Shown piece after piece: positions 47,731 to 57,847 of a stretch of DNA of 64,000 nucleotides. The notes under the pieces are model-generated. The model saw nothing but the letters and a program-made list of their open reading frames with translations, searched no databases and was not told where the DNA came from. Origin of the DNA: an uncultured delta proteobacterium (lineage in GTDB: Bacteria > Desulfobacterota > Desulfobacteria > Desulfobacterales > JAHEIW01); the NCBI GenBank assembly GCA_963706575.1, contig CAVPNL010000004.1, positions 577,519 to 641,518 on the forward strand, in the 5' to 3' direction. A program made the position numbers and the translations under genes. How positions within the stretch are numbered: position 1 is the stretch's first letter; every line of letters starts with the position of its first letter.

Positions 47731-48420
47731 TCATGTCTGTTTGATTTTTTGGTAATAGGAATCAGAAAGATATATCGCAGCCAAGGGATTGTGACCGGTC
47801 ACACGGTCTTTTACAGCCAAAACCGTCGTCGGCGCTTCGGCATATTTGAAAAAAATGGAATCGTGGCCCACACACAGACCTAAAAGAATGTTAAGCTCTG
47901 TTTGCTCATGATTCAGTAATTTAGCCTGGAATATCGGATTGCACATGGTCTCGTCGGTGCCTTGATAGATTTTGTCCTCATCCTCGATTCCGATGCGGTC
48001 CTTTGAAGTCCTTCCGGCTTTACAAAGCACCGAAACCACCTCGAAACCGCGGTCCTTTAAGATATTTTCTACGATGGCGGCTTCCTTGGCAAGACCGAGG
48101 CAAAAGGCCAGACCCAGGCGCTGGTATTTCATTTTTTCTGCAAATTCATAGATTTCAACGATTCGGGTCTTGGTCGGCTGCATGACATAGGGTCGTTGGT
48201 GGCGGTTCGCGTAGCAATGCGCCTCCTGCCGGGAAGACTGTCTGGCAAACTCGAGTATTTCCGAGCGATCATATTCCTTGTCGGCTTCGGCAAGCACATC
48301 ATTATAAACCAGCGTTGGACATCCTTTTGAGCTGAGTCCGTCTTCACCAACACAAACCTTCTTCGTTCCTTCATGACCACATGATGCGCAAGCGGGTGGT
48401 GGTGTTTTCTTTTTTGCCAT
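47731..48420 (-). CDS. DUF1847 family metal-binding protein
   Basis: TR..E..EFA..M.Y..LGLAFC.GL, MCNPI.QA, GLCVGHDS, KDRVTGHNP; start MAKKK. Confidence 0.88.
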   Translation of the reverse strand: MAKKKTPPPACASCGHEGTKKVCVGEDGLSSKGCPTLVYNDVLAEADKEYDRSEILEFARQSSRQEAHCYANRHQRPYVMQPTKTRIVEIYEFAEKMKYQRLGLAFCLGLAKEAAIVENILKDRGFEVVSVLCKAGRTSKDRIGIEDEDKIYQGTDETMCNPIFQAKLLNHEQTELNILLGLCVGHDSIFFKYAEAPTTVLAVKDRVTGHNPLAAIYLSDSYYQKIKQT

Positions 48421-48450
48421 GGGGTGTCCTTTCGGGTTCTTAGGCATTGT

Positions 48451-48662
48451 TAGAAGCGTTTCAAAACCCCATCTAAGGCCCAATGGCCGCGCTGCCCCGC
48501 TAAGCGGGATTCGCATCTGATTTTTTAAAGTAAGGTGCAGCACAGGCCTCCGGTAAATGCTCACATACTAGCCCACATGTATGCTGAGAACAACCGCCTT
48601 TAACACCGATGCGGCCTGCGGCTTGAACCTAGAGCCTGATCGAAGTTTTGAAACCGCTTCTA
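48451..48662. mobile_element. MITE-like non-coding element
   Basis: Terminal IR TAGAAGCGTTTCAAAAC / GTTTTGAAACCGCTTCTA (one indel), TA ends. Confidence 0.6.
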
Positions 48663-48714
48663 TTATTGGGGCAGATTAAGAGTTATGCGCCCGGGTGTCA
48701 AGACTGAAAAGCCC

Positions 48715-48765
48715 GAACCTTGCTGACCCTGAAACCATAACCTTTGAACCCTAAACCTTGAACCT
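48715..48765. repeat. Degenerate short tandem repeats (GAACCT/AACC core)
   Basis: gaacctt..tgaccct gaaacc ataacct ttgaaccct aaacctt gaacct. Confidence 0.4.
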
Positions 48766-48813
48766 CCTTCTTATCTTCTTGACCCTCACGCCTTTTCCCC
48801 CTATTTTATTCAC

Positions 48814-50502
48814 ATGCCGATTTCAAAAATAAATTTCTTCCAACCCGGGATATGGGAAAACGGGGCGCTAATACAGGAAATCGAGCGCAACCTGGCCGCA
48901 CCGGTTGATCTTTTTGCCTCCGGCCAATGGAAACCAGCTCTGACTGCCCGGATTTTTGAAAAGTACAAAGATATACTCAGGGGCAGCAAGGGCCGAGACG
49001 TTGAGCGCTTCGATCCGGCCGGCTATCTATCCGAGGTCGGTCTGCCGCAGTCTTTGACCGCCGGCCGGACCAACAGCGATGTGCTGCGTACATTTCATTT
49101 GATTAAAGCGTACCACCCGGACGCGCGCTACTTTCCATTTTCAAAAAAAACAGGCGCCCTGGTACAGAAGATCTTTTTGTCAATTAGCCGCATATCCGCT
49201 CCTGTGGCCATTGCCGCCGACCGCTTGATCGATCCGCTGGCGGTCAAGATGACCGAAAAAAAATATCAGACGGATCAATACCGCTCTGCCCCTTACGGAA
49301 AGTTCGAAGAAATTGTCAAAGGAGAGCAATCCGACCTATCCAAAGAGGCGCGTTATCTGGGTGTCCGGCGCAAGAAGGTGCCCCAGTTCACCTGGGACAG
49401 AGGACCGCACAGTGGAAGCATCGATCCGGACCGCCGCGCCAATGAAGATTTCGGCACCTACGATATTGCCGTTAAATTCGGCTTTAGCGAAGTGCAGGCC
49501 CGCCGCATGGCAACGATGTGTTATGCTGTCGATATCAGCCAAACCCACTATCACGCCCCCGGGGATCGCACCAAACTTCGCATAACCGGCACGGTGGGTG
49601 AAATCGGCGACATCCAGCGCCATTACAACCGCAGCCCGGCCGGTGTGGAAGACACCCGCATCACCGCTGCCAGAATCCATCTCGACCGCGCCCTCAGACT
49701 GGCGGATGATGGCTTTTACGATGCGGCCGAGCAGGAATTGGGCATCGGGCTCCACAGTCTGCAGGATATTTTTTCGCATGCCCAGTTAACGCCCACCACC
49801 CATACCTGTCTGGGAGAGTTCCCCGACCTGGTGAAGTATCACCCGTTATCCCTGTTTGAAACTGCCGTGGCCACCGAAGGCTATTTCAAAAAATTTATCG
49901 CAGGCTTAAATTTAAAACCGCTTGGCCCTGCTCCTGAATCACGGGCTGAGATCCAGTTTCCCGATCCGTTCATCGGGGGAACCGCCGCACCGCAAGATCA
50001 AGCACTGGTGTCGCAAAAAATAGCCGCATTCCCGGAAAAGTTGGCCACATTTTTAAAAGACAACGGTATCCGCATTTTCGTGGGCGCCAAGGAAACCTTG
50101 CCGACTGAACTCGGATTCGGGGTGGATCTTGACGGGGACGGCAAGGTCTCGCCGGATAAATGGGTCGACGTCAACAGAGACGGGCAGAAACAATGGTTCG
50201 AAGTGGAAGATCAGTTCGATGTGGGCAAAACGTGGGATCGGCAGCCGGCGGCATACAACCATCAAAACCGGACCATTTTCATCTCTGCCCGGGTTATAAA
50301 AGAATCTGGGTTGGAATTGGAAGCGGTTCTCAAACACGAGATCAATCATGCCCTTGATCTGACCCTTCAGGGCGATCCCCGGTTAAACGCCAAATGGACG
50401 GCTTACATCAACAAACTTTACCACACCGCCCGGCGGCAGGGAACGATCGCCTTTGACGAACTCGATCCCCACGAGTACTTTGCCAGAATTGACCTGCCTT
50501 AG
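48814..50502 (+). CDS. Hypothetical two-domain metalloenzyme-like protein
   Basis: GIGLHSLQDIFSH motif; C-terminal HEINH...HEYFA zinc-peptidase-like motif; DLDGDG loop. Confidence 0.65.
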   Translation: MPISKINFFQPGIWENGALIQEIERNLAAPVDLFASGQWKPALTARIFEKYKDILRGSKGRDVERFDPAGYLSEVGLPQSLTAGRTNSDVLRTFHLIKAYHPDARYFPFSKKTGALVQKIFLSISRISAPVAIAADRLIDPLAVKMTEKKYQTDQYRSAPYGKFEEIVKGEQSDLSKEARYLGVRRKKVPQFTWDRGPHSGSIDPDRRANEDFGTYDIAVKFGFSEVQARRMATMCYAVDISQTHYHAPGDRTKLRITGTVGEIGDIQRHYNRSPAGVEDTRITAARIHLDRALRLADDGFYDAAEQELGIGLHSLQDIFSHAQLTPTTHTCLGEFPDLVKYHPLSLFETAVATEGYFKKFIAGLNLKPLGPAPESRAEIQFPDPFIGGTAAPQDQALVSQKIAAFPEKLATFLKDNGIRIFVGAKETLPTELGFGVDLDGDGKVSPDKWVDVNRDGQKQWFEVEDQFDVGKTWDRQPAAYNHQNRTIFISARVIKESGLELEAVLKHEINHALDLTLQGDPRLNAKWTAYINKLYHTARRQGTIAFDELDPHEYFARIDLP

Positions 50503-50630
50503 ATCATCATTTTCAATTTAAATCCCGTTTGTTTTCGCTTCCGGTTTGCCCCTTCTCAATTCTCGTTTCCAAATCCTGTTGCTCGATAAAGTTTTTAAAT
50601 TGACTGCTCTAAAGCATTGGACTACATTGC

Positions 50631-51959
50631 TTGGATATGGAATTCCTCAGAATAGATGAAATAATCAGCAATCCTGATTTAGCCAAATACCGCATCACTT
50701 TTGCTTCAGGACAGACCATCTTTTTAGAAGGTGATGATTCTCAAGACCTGTATATCCTCGTGGCCGGCCAGGTTGAAATTTTCAAGGGGGACAAGAAAAT
50801 AAGGGATATAACTGAAGAAGGATCTATCTTCGGAGAGGTTTCCTTTTTTTTGGGGGACCGGCGGACAGCCTCTGTAAAAGCAAAAACCAAGGTGGAGGCG
50901 GTTCGTGTCCCCAAAGAAGAGATCACGCCCTTTTTAACAGAATGCCCAACTGCCGGACAGGAGATCATCCGGCATCTATCGCAATGGCTGAATGAAGCAA
51001 CTCAAATGGTTTATGGCTTAAAGGAAGTAAGCGATCAATTGCCGGACGCCGTTATTGTGACGGATAAGGCAGGCCGCATCCTGGTTTGGAATGCTGCTGC
51101 TGAAAGACTATATGGGCGGGACTGGCAGCAAATGCGCAACACCAATGTCGATGAAATCTACGTCAAACCGGACGAATACAAAAATTTTTTAGAAGAAGTT
51201 CAAAGCCAATATTCGACCAGAGAAAAGGTCTTTGATATCAAGCACCCTCAGAAAGGCTTATGCTGTATCTCGACAAGCTTCACCGTACTTTACGACGGCC
51301 ACCATAACTTCCAGGGTGTCCTCTCATTGGGTCGCGATGTTACGGCCACCAAAAAATTGGAGAAAAAGTATAAACGTACATTTATTTGGCTTATTTCGGC
51401 ATTTGTCTTAATCAGTTTTCTGACAGCAACGATTTTTCTGGGCTATCCGTATTATTCAAAAGGCCACCAGGCTGTCGATTTAAGACAAAAGGAACTCAGC
51501 AATCTTCTGGCCAAAGATTATTTTATGCTAAAATCCTGGTTGGCCGATCAGATTGGCGCTCAAAACCCGGAAGCCCTGAGCCAAATCATGCAACAGTTTT
51601 TTTATATCCAGCAAACGGCTGCAATTCCGTATACTGGCCTGGTTTTGCTGGACAAAGACAAAAAGGTGGTCAGCGCCTATTCAATAAAGGCAGATATCTC
51701 TGCCGGCAACATGATCGGCAGCAGTTATGCCGCCATAGAATTTCAGGGAAGTCAAGACTCACTACACAAAGTTCTCACTGTTTACCGTACCGAAAAAGAT
51801 CATCCCATGGGCAAAAAAAACACCGAGATTGCTTTTGAGCTTTTCAAAGACAAAATATTTGTCGGCTGGCTGATCTTCCAGATGGATATGGATTCGCTGG
51901 CAAATATCTATGGCATTGAAGTCAACAATTTAACAAAACTCCAGTTTGATAAGCCTTGA
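50631..51959 (+). CDS. Cyclic nucleotide-binding + PAS membrane protein
   Basis: IFLEGD...LYIL..G.V, FGE.SF....RTASV; WNAAAERLYG PAS; one TM then a periplasmic domain. Confidence 0.85.
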   Translation: MDMEFLRIDEIISNPDLAKYRITFASGQTIFLEGDDSQDLYILVAGQVEIFKGDKKIRDITEEGSIFGEVSFFLGDRRTASVKAKTKVEAVRVPKEEITPFLTECPTAGQEIIRHLSQWLNEATQMVYGLKEVSDQLPDAVIVTDKAGRILVWNAAAERLYGRDWQQMRNTNVDEIYVKPDEYKNFLEEVQSQYSTREKVFDIKHPQKGLCCISTSFTVLYDGHHNFQGVLSLGRDVTATKKLEKKYKRTFIWLISAFVLISFLTATIFLGYPYYSKGHQAVDLRQKELSNLLAKDYFMLKSWLADQIGAQNPEALSQIMQQFFYIQQTAAIPYTGLVLLDKDKKVVSAYSIKADISAGNMIGSSYAAIEFQGSQDSLHKVLTVYRTEKDHPMGKKNTEIAFELFKDKIFVGWLIFQMDMDSLANIYGIEVNNLTKLQFDKP

Positions 51960-51962
51960 GTG

Positions 51963-53108
51963 ATGAGTAACTCACAAGACTTTCCATCATGCCGCTATGA
52001 AGTTTCACAAAACGCCGATGGAGCGCTGACGCTTCACCTCCAGGGCCGTATGGATGCCACCACGGCGGCCGATACCATCGCCGGCATAAAATCCATTTTG
52101 CAACCTCCGCTGCCGACTGCGTTGACCGTCGATCTTGCAAAGGTAACCTATCTGGATGACTTCGGAGCCCTGGTTCTGGTGGAACTCAAAAAATTGATGG
52201 TCAGCCCAAAAAGCCGGCTTCACATTAAAAACGCCGATCAACGGGTCAAAGAGATCCTCTCTATCCTCAAATACGATGAATCAGGCGCATCGGCCACAAT
52301 TGTCCGCAAAGCGACTCCCAACCTGTTTATTCGCTTGGGTGAAGGTGTCTTCGCTCAGGTGGCAGATCTGAATTTTATTTTTTCTTTTATCGGATCCGTC
52401 TGCTTATCCTTGATCCATGTGATTTTGCACCCCCGCTCGTTGCGATTAGATGACACTTTCTTATCGATGAAAAAAGTCGGTGTGGATGCGCTCCCCATTG
52501 TGGGCCTGATCAGCTTTTTGCTGGGATTGATCATGGCCTTTATGTCCTCGGTTCAGCTGCAACAGTTCGGGGCCAACATCTATGTGGCATCCCTTGTCAG
52601 TCTGGCCATGGTGCGTGAACTGGGGCCGATTATGACAGCCATCATCGTAGCCGGCCGGTCGGGTTCAGCGTTTGCGGCCGAAATCGGGACCATGAAAATT
52701 TCCGATGAAGTCGATGCCCTTTTTACCATGGGCTTTGATCCGACGCGTTTTCTGGTTGTGCCCAAAATAGTCGCTTCCGTTATTACAGTTCCCATCCTGA
52801 CCCTGTTTTCGGATCTGTTTGCCATAATGGGCGGTTTGGTGGTCGGGGTATTTATGCTCGATCTGACGACCAATGCTTATATGGCCCAAACGTTGAGAAC
52901 CTTAACCCTTTTTGATGTCTTTTGGGGCTTTTTAAAAGCGGCTGTATTCGCCCTGCTGATCGCCGGGATCGGCTGCCTGAGAGGGTTTCAGGTCAGGGGC
53001 GGGGCTGCCGAAGTGGGCCAGGCGACCACATCCGCTGTGGTCAGCAGTATCTTTTTAATTATACTGACTGATGCCGTTTTTGCCGTCATACTGCGTTACT
53101 GGAGATAA
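51963..53108 (+). CDS. STAS + MlaE family ABC permease
   Basis: VDLAKVTYLDDFG STAS; RELGP...AII.AGRSGSAFAAEIGTM. Confidence 0.92.
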   Translation: MSNSQDFPSCRYEVSQNADGALTLHLQGRMDATTAADTIAGIKSILQPPLPTALTVDLAKVTYLDDFGALVLVELKKLMVSPKSRLHIKNADQRVKEILSILKYDESGASATIVRKATPNLFIRLGEGVFAQVADLNFIFSFIGSVCLSLIHVILHPRSLRLDDTFLSMKKVGVDALPIVGLISFLLGLIMAFMSSVQLQQFGANIYVASLVSLAMVRELGPIMTAIIVAGRSGSAFAAEIGTMKISDEVDALFTMGFDPTRFLVVPKIVASVITVPILTLFSDLFAIMGGLVVGVFMLDLTTNAYMAQTLRTLTLFDVFWGFLKAAVFALLIAGIGCLRGFQVRGGAAEVGQATTSAVVSSIFLIILTDAVFAVILRYWR

Positions 53109-53118
53109 GACTGCACTG

Positions 53119-53880
53119 ATGAATAAAAAAGCCGTTATTCAGGTTAAGAATCTGGTCGCCAGATACGGCGACGACATTATTCTTGATCGAATTTCATTTG
53201 ATGTTTATGAAGGTGAAATATTTGCTGTTTTGGGGGGCAGCGGCAGCGGAAAAAGCACTTTGCTTAGAAATCTTTTAGGACTTCATCAGCCCGCCTCCGG
53301 CAAAATCCTCATCGATGGGGATGACATTTCCGAATGTGATGAAGACGCTTTGCAGCAGATACTCAGAAAAGTCGGTGTCCTCTATCAGAGTGCCGCCTTG
53401 TTCGGATCGATGACGGTGGCCGAAAATGTGGCCCTGCCGATTTTAGAATACACGGATTTGTCCAGAGAATCTGTGGATCATCTGGTTAAGATGAAGCTCA
53501 ATCTGGTAAATCTGGATGGCTATCAAAATCATTTGCCATCTGAAATCAGCGGCGGGATGAAAAAAAGAGCCGGTCTGGCAAGGGCCATGGCGCTCAACCC
53601 CAAGATCCTGTTTTTTGATGAGCCCTCTGCCGGGCTGGATCCGATCACATCAGCCGAACTGGACAAACTGATTATTCATCTCAATCAAAGTTTGGGAACC
53701 ACCATGGTAATCATTACCCATGAGCTTGAGAGCATCTTTGCCGTGGCCAATCGAGTAATCATGCTGCACAAAAGCACCCGGGGTATTATCGCCGATGGCG
53801 ATCCGAAATATTTGAGGGATCAAAGCCGCAATCCATTTGTGAAACAATTCTTTAACCGTCTGCCCGCAGACAATACCTGA
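53119..53880 (+). CDS. MlaF-like ABC ATP-binding protein
   Basis: GGSGSGKS, SGGMKKRAGLARA, FDEPSAGLDP. Confidence 0.93.
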   Translation: MNKKAVIQVKNLVARYGDDIILDRISFDVYEGEIFAVLGGSGSGKSTLLRNLLGLHQPASGKILIDGDDISECDEDALQQILRKVGVLYQSAALFGSMTVAENVALPILEYTDLSRESVDHLVKMKLNLVNLDGYQNHLPSEISGGMKKRAGLARAMALNPKILFFDEPSAGLDPITSAELDKLIIHLNQSLGTTMVIITHELESIFAVANRVIMLHKSTRGIIADGDPKYLRDQSRNPFVKQFFNRLPADNT

Positions 53881-53961
53881 ATCTTGCATGAAAATTAATG
53901 AAAGCCTCCAACTCGTGCAAAATTCAGGTAATTCGCTTTCGAATGGAAAGGATGGGCCTTA

Positions 53962-54957
53962 ATGGCCACACAGAAAACCAAATTTGCCGTCGGAATGTTT
54001 GTCGCCATGGGAATTACCCTGGCGATAGTGGTCATCATCTGGCTGGGCATGTCGCGCTTTTTTCAAAAAGGCCGGTTTTACGTCACCTATTTCGATGAGT
54101 CCGTTCAGGGCCTGGATGTTGATTCGCCGGTAAAATACCGGGGCGTCTTTACCGGTCGTGTCGAGAGCATCGGCGTGGCGCCGGATTCAAAACTCATCAA
54201 AGTCATTTTAAAAATAGAATCCGGCCAGAAACTCGATCAGAATATCGTGGCCCAGTTGAAATCAGTCGGGATTACCGGAAGCATGTTCGTGGAACTGGAT
54301 CAAAAAAGAGGAGGGGAACCGGATCTGTCGCCCGCCCTTAGCTTTCCTTCAGAGTATCCGATCATTGCCTCAAAACCATCTGAAATCAAAGGATTAATCG
54401 GCGGCTTCGATGCGATCCTGAACCAGATAAAAGCACTGGACCTTGAGAAAATTTCAGGTAAAATTAAGGCGACCCTGGACAATATCAATCAAAGCGTTGA
54501 TGATGCTGATGTGGAACGCATTTCTCAAACGATAAATTCCTCATTTGAGAAAATGGAGCAAATCCTAACAGACCAAAGATGGGATAGAGTTTTAGCTGCA
54601 GCCGATACTGCGGGCCAAGAACTGAACAGCCTGCTGGACAAAGCCGACCGCACGCTATCTCGTGTGCAGGGTATCGTCATCGGTAAAGAAGAGACGGTTA
54701 AAACCGCCCTGGATAATTTTAGCCGGGCCATGCAAAAGGCCAATATCCTCTTGAATAAGGGCACATCGCTGGTCAGCGGAACCGATGCGTCCATATCTGA
54801 ACTGATGCAGCATCTGCTGGTTGCTGCGCAGAATCTGGAATTGGCCAGTGAAAACTTAAACCAGCTAATGGAACTGCTGGCCGACCAGCCGTCACAATTG
54901 CTGTTCGGTGAGCCACCGAAGCCCCGCGCTGCCGATGCGGATATCGGCAATCAATAA
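53962..54957 (+). CDS. MlaD/MCE family protein
   Basis: N-terminal TM, ESVQGL..DSPVKYRGV..GRV, long helical tail. Confidence 0.9.
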   Translation: MATQKTKFAVGMFVAMGITLAIVVIIWLGMSRFFQKGRFYVTYFDESVQGLDVDSPVKYRGVFTGRVESIGVAPDSKLIKVILKIESGQKLDQNIVAQLKSVGITGSMFVELDQKRGGEPDLSPALSFPSEYPIIASKPSEIKGLIGGFDAILNQIKALDLEKISGKIKATLDNINQSVDDADVERISQTINSSFEKMEQILTDQRWDRVLAAADTAGQELNSLLDKADRTLSRVQGIVIGKEETVKTALDNFSRAMQKANILLNKGTSLVSGTDASISELMQHLLVAAQNLELASENLNQLMELLADQPSQLLFGEPPKPRAADADIGNQ

Positions 54958-54970
54958 CGGGAGAAGATCG

Positions 54971-55600
54971 ATGACACGTGTTAAAATAATTCTCATTTTA
55001 TTGATGGGTCTCAGTTTGCCCTTAACCGGTTGCCTCGATCTTAAGCAGCCCAGCAACAAGATTGAGTATTACAGCTTCGAATATGACCCGCCCCGCATGG
55101 TCGACCACCAGTCCGTTTCGCAGGTCGTCAAAGTGGCGCTGTTCAGCGTTTCCCCCATTTATAACACCCGTAAAATCATTTACCGCGATGAGGCATATAA
55201 AAGGGCGGCTTATGACTATCATAAATGGCAGGCGAATCCCGCAGAGCTCGTCACCTATTTCTTGGCCCGCGACATGCGTCAATCCGGTCTTTTTAAGGCT
55301 GTTGTTACCCGCAACAACCGATTTCCCCATGCCTATGTGCTGGGGGGCAGTGTAGATGAATTTTTAGAATCCGACACACAAGCCGGCTGTCAGGCAGACT
55401 TGTCGCTGAACATTATTTTAATGAGCGAACACGAAACCGATGTCAGCAAAAAAATCATTTTTCAAAAATCTTACCATATCAGCAAACCCTGCCGGCAAAA
55501 AAACCCACGGGCTTTAGCAGAAGCAATGAGCGCGGCAATGTCTGAGGCTTCGGCTCAGATCATCCACGAGGTACATAACCATCTGGCAGATCGCCAATAA
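54971..55600 (+). CDS. ABC-type transport auxiliary (PqiC-like) lipoprotein
   Basis: Lipobox LTGC, IIYR...Y.YHKW...PA. Confidence 0.8.
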   Translation: MTRVKIILILLMGLSLPLTGCLDLKQPSNKIEYYSFEYDPPRMVDHQSVSQVVKVALFSVSPIYNTRKIIYRDEAYKRAAYDYHKWQANPAELVTYFLARDMRQSGLFKAVVTRNNRFPHAYVLGGSVDEFLESDTQAGCQADLSLNIILMSEHETDVSKKIIFQKSYHISKPCRQKNPRALAEAMSAAMSEASAQIIHEVHNHLADRQ

Positions 55601-55629
55601 TATGAACCTGGACCGCATATCCGATAATT

Positions 55630-56616
55630 ATGAAAAAATACTTTGAAATTTTAGAGCTTGATGTGTCGGCCTCGATCGAAGAGGTCGAGCAGGCCTATAA
55701 AGAACTGGCCGAAGCCTGGCGCCCGGAAAGCTATCAGAATCTGCCGCGCTTCAAGCGCAAAGCTGAGATCAAATTAAAAGAGGTTAACAACGCCTATGAA
55801 CGCATCAGATCCTATCTGATGGTTAAAGCACCCGGAGAGGATCAAATGGTTTTTGATTTGCCGAAAGATCCGTCGCCGGAACCTGAACCGGCAACTGCGC
55901 CCGCTGAAGAAACCCCACCACCGCAAATCAGCACCCCCTCCCAGAGAAAAAAACTGCTGCTGGGTTTGATTGCCGTCGCTGCTGTTTTGGGCGCTCTGAT
56001 GCTCTATCTGATTTCAGATCGCAAAACGTTACAAAAGCAGATGCCTCAGCCAGTTGTCGCCCAAAAAGATAAACCGGCAACAGACAGCGATACTGCTTCA
56101 CCGCCGGTTTCAGCGGACCATCCCAAAAAAGAATCTGAATCGAATTCAGCAGCCAAATTTAGCGCTGAAAAGCGATCACCTCCTGCGAAAATAAGGCCTG
56201 ACTATGATAGCCTGTTAACTCAAAAAGCGCTGCGCAGATTCAATCGGAATCCAGTTCGGATCAAGAGGATCCAAAATGGCCTGATTACAGTTGGCTATAA
56301 TACGGGGCCGATCGACGGCGTCATTGGCCCGCAGACAACCGAAGCGCTAAGAAAGTTCGCAAACGACCGTGGCCATGTCATTGAAGCCGGCCATCTGTTC
56401 GCATCAGATTTAACGAACACCGTACTCGTATTTGCCGAAGTCTCGACGAAACATCCGGATTGGGATCGAATTATTGGCAGTGAAGATTTATCGCGCTGGC
56501 TGGGCAGCCAGACGGTTATGTCTGCATACCAGGTTAAAAAATTAAAAAACTCCGCAACCGCCCGGCAGGTTATAGAGATGCTGGATTTGTATAAATCCGA
56601 CAAAAAGACGCCATGA
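55630..56616 (+). CDS. J-domain-like membrane protein with peptidoglycan-binding domain
   Basis: YFEILEL...AS.EEV..AYKELA..WRPE...K.KEVN.AY; TM; IQ..L...GY..GPIDG..GP.T..AL..F. Confidence 0.8.
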   Translation: MKKYFEILELDVSASIEEVEQAYKELAEAWRPESYQNLPRFKRKAEIKLKEVNNAYERIRSYLMVKAPGEDQMVFDLPKDPSPEPEPATAPAEETPPPQISTPSQRKKLLLGLIAVAAVLGALMLYLISDRKTLQKQMPQPVVAQKDKPATDSDTASPPVSADHPKKESESNSAAKFSAEKRSPPAKIRPDYDSLLTQKALRRFNRNPVRIKRIQNGLITVGYNTGPIDGVIGPQTTEALRKFANDRGHVIEAGHLFASDLTNTVLVFAEVSTKHPDWDRIIGSEDLSRWLGSQTVMSAYQVKKLKNSATARQVIEMLDLYKSDKKTP

Positions 56617-56619
56617 ACT

Positions 56620-56850
56620 ATGAGGCAAGACGCAGGAATGCGTATTTTTCTGGAGATCCATCATGATAATCCTCAAGAAGGACCTGGTGATTTTGTATCA
56701 ACCCGCCGGGCTTTTTTTCTGCTAAAAGACCTTCCGCCATTGCCGCACATTCTCGATGCGGGATGCGGACCTGGAAGACAGACGTTTGATTTATGCCGGA
56801 AGTATTCGGATTACTATGGTTATGTGTTTTTCATCGCGCAGGCGTTATAA
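56620..56850 (+). pseudogene. Class I SAM methyltransferase with large internal in-frame deletion
   Basis: N-terminal EGPG...T.RA, ILDAGCGPG.QT joined directly to the family C-terminal RKYSDYYGYVFFI. Confidence 0.7.
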
Positions 56851-56852
56851 AA

Positions 56853-57539
56853 ATGATTTTTAAAGACCAGTATGATCCTTCTTTTGGGCGCAAATCCGTT
56901 TTTACGATCTGTCTTACGATTTCCGTATCTGTGAGCATATTGCTCATGTATATCGAGCACCTGCCTTCATTCCCAAGGCTGCAGTCGTATCAAATATCAG
57001 GCGACTTTGTCCGGCGCACAATGATTGCTGCCTGTTTGATCATTTACTTTGTTAGGCTTCAGGTTACGGTCTGGATTTTTCAAAAACGCTTCTGGACCTG
57101 GCTGGAGACCATCACGATTTCAATCCTGATGACATTTGTCCTTTACGCTTTTGCGAAGATCGGTGGAAACAACAAACAGGGTGTCGGCATCATCGAGATG
57201 ATCGGTGTTTTACTGTATGTATCCGGGTCCTGTATCAATACGTTCTCTGAGTCTGCCAGACACGTCTGGAAGTTAAAGGCGGAAAACAGGGGCCGGCTCT
57301 ACACCGGGGGCTTATTTCGTTTAGCGATGCACATCAACTATTTCGGGGATATCATTCTTTTCACCGGATTCGCAATGATAACGCATCGCCCTGGGGCGTA
57401 TATCATACCGTTGGCCATGACTGTGAATTTCATTTTTAATATCATTCCCCTGCTCGATAGATACCTTGAAAAAAAGTATGGAGATGAATTCAGAGATTAT
57501 TCCCAAAAGACAAAAAAGCTGATTCCGCTGATATATTAA
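56853..57539 (+). CDS. DUF1295/isoprenylcysteine methyltransferase-like membrane protein
   Basis: N.GRLYTGGLF....HINYFGD, IP.LD.YL..KYG.EF..Y. Confidence 0.8.
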   Translation: MIFKDQYDPSFGRKSVFTICLTISVSVSILLMYIEHLPSFPRLQSYQISGDFVRRTMIAACLIIYFVRLQVTVWIFQKRFWTWLETITISILMTFVLYAFAKIGGNNKQGVGIIEMIGVLLYVSGSCINTFSESARHVWKLKAENRGRLYTGGLFRLAMHINYFGDIILFTGFAMITHRPGAYIIPLAMTVNFIFNIIPLLDRYLEKKYGDEFRDYSQKTKKLIPLIY

Positions 57540-57586
57540 CCGGCGTGCTTTTCAGATGCAGCCCGCCATCCTGATGCTTCCTTAAA

Positions 57587-57847
57587 TTACTCTGCGGCCG
57601 TTTTATATACCTTATCCCCTTCCCTGACCTTTTCAGGTACTTTGATGCCCACACTGTCACCCTTTTGGGCCTCGGTTACCGATTTGTGCTCAATCTGCAT
57701 GGAGTGCACGGTGGACTCAAAATCTGTGGTGTGCCCCAAAAAATGCAACCGATCTCCAACCGACACAATTCCGTCCGATATCTCAACGGCGGCAACTGAT
57801 ATTTTGCTAAAGTAATTGGAAACCAACCCGATTTTTTCCTCTTCCAT
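57587..57847 (-). CDS. Small translation elongation factor domain-2-like protein
   Basis: IG.V..YF.KI.VAA, GHTTDF...V.SMQIEH, GD.VGIKV...VREGDKVY. Confidence 0.8.
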   Translation of the reverse strand: MEEEKIGLVSNYFSKISVAAVEISDGIVSVGDRLHFLGHTTDFESTVHSMQIEHKSVTEAQKGDSVGIKVPEKVREGDKVYKTAAE

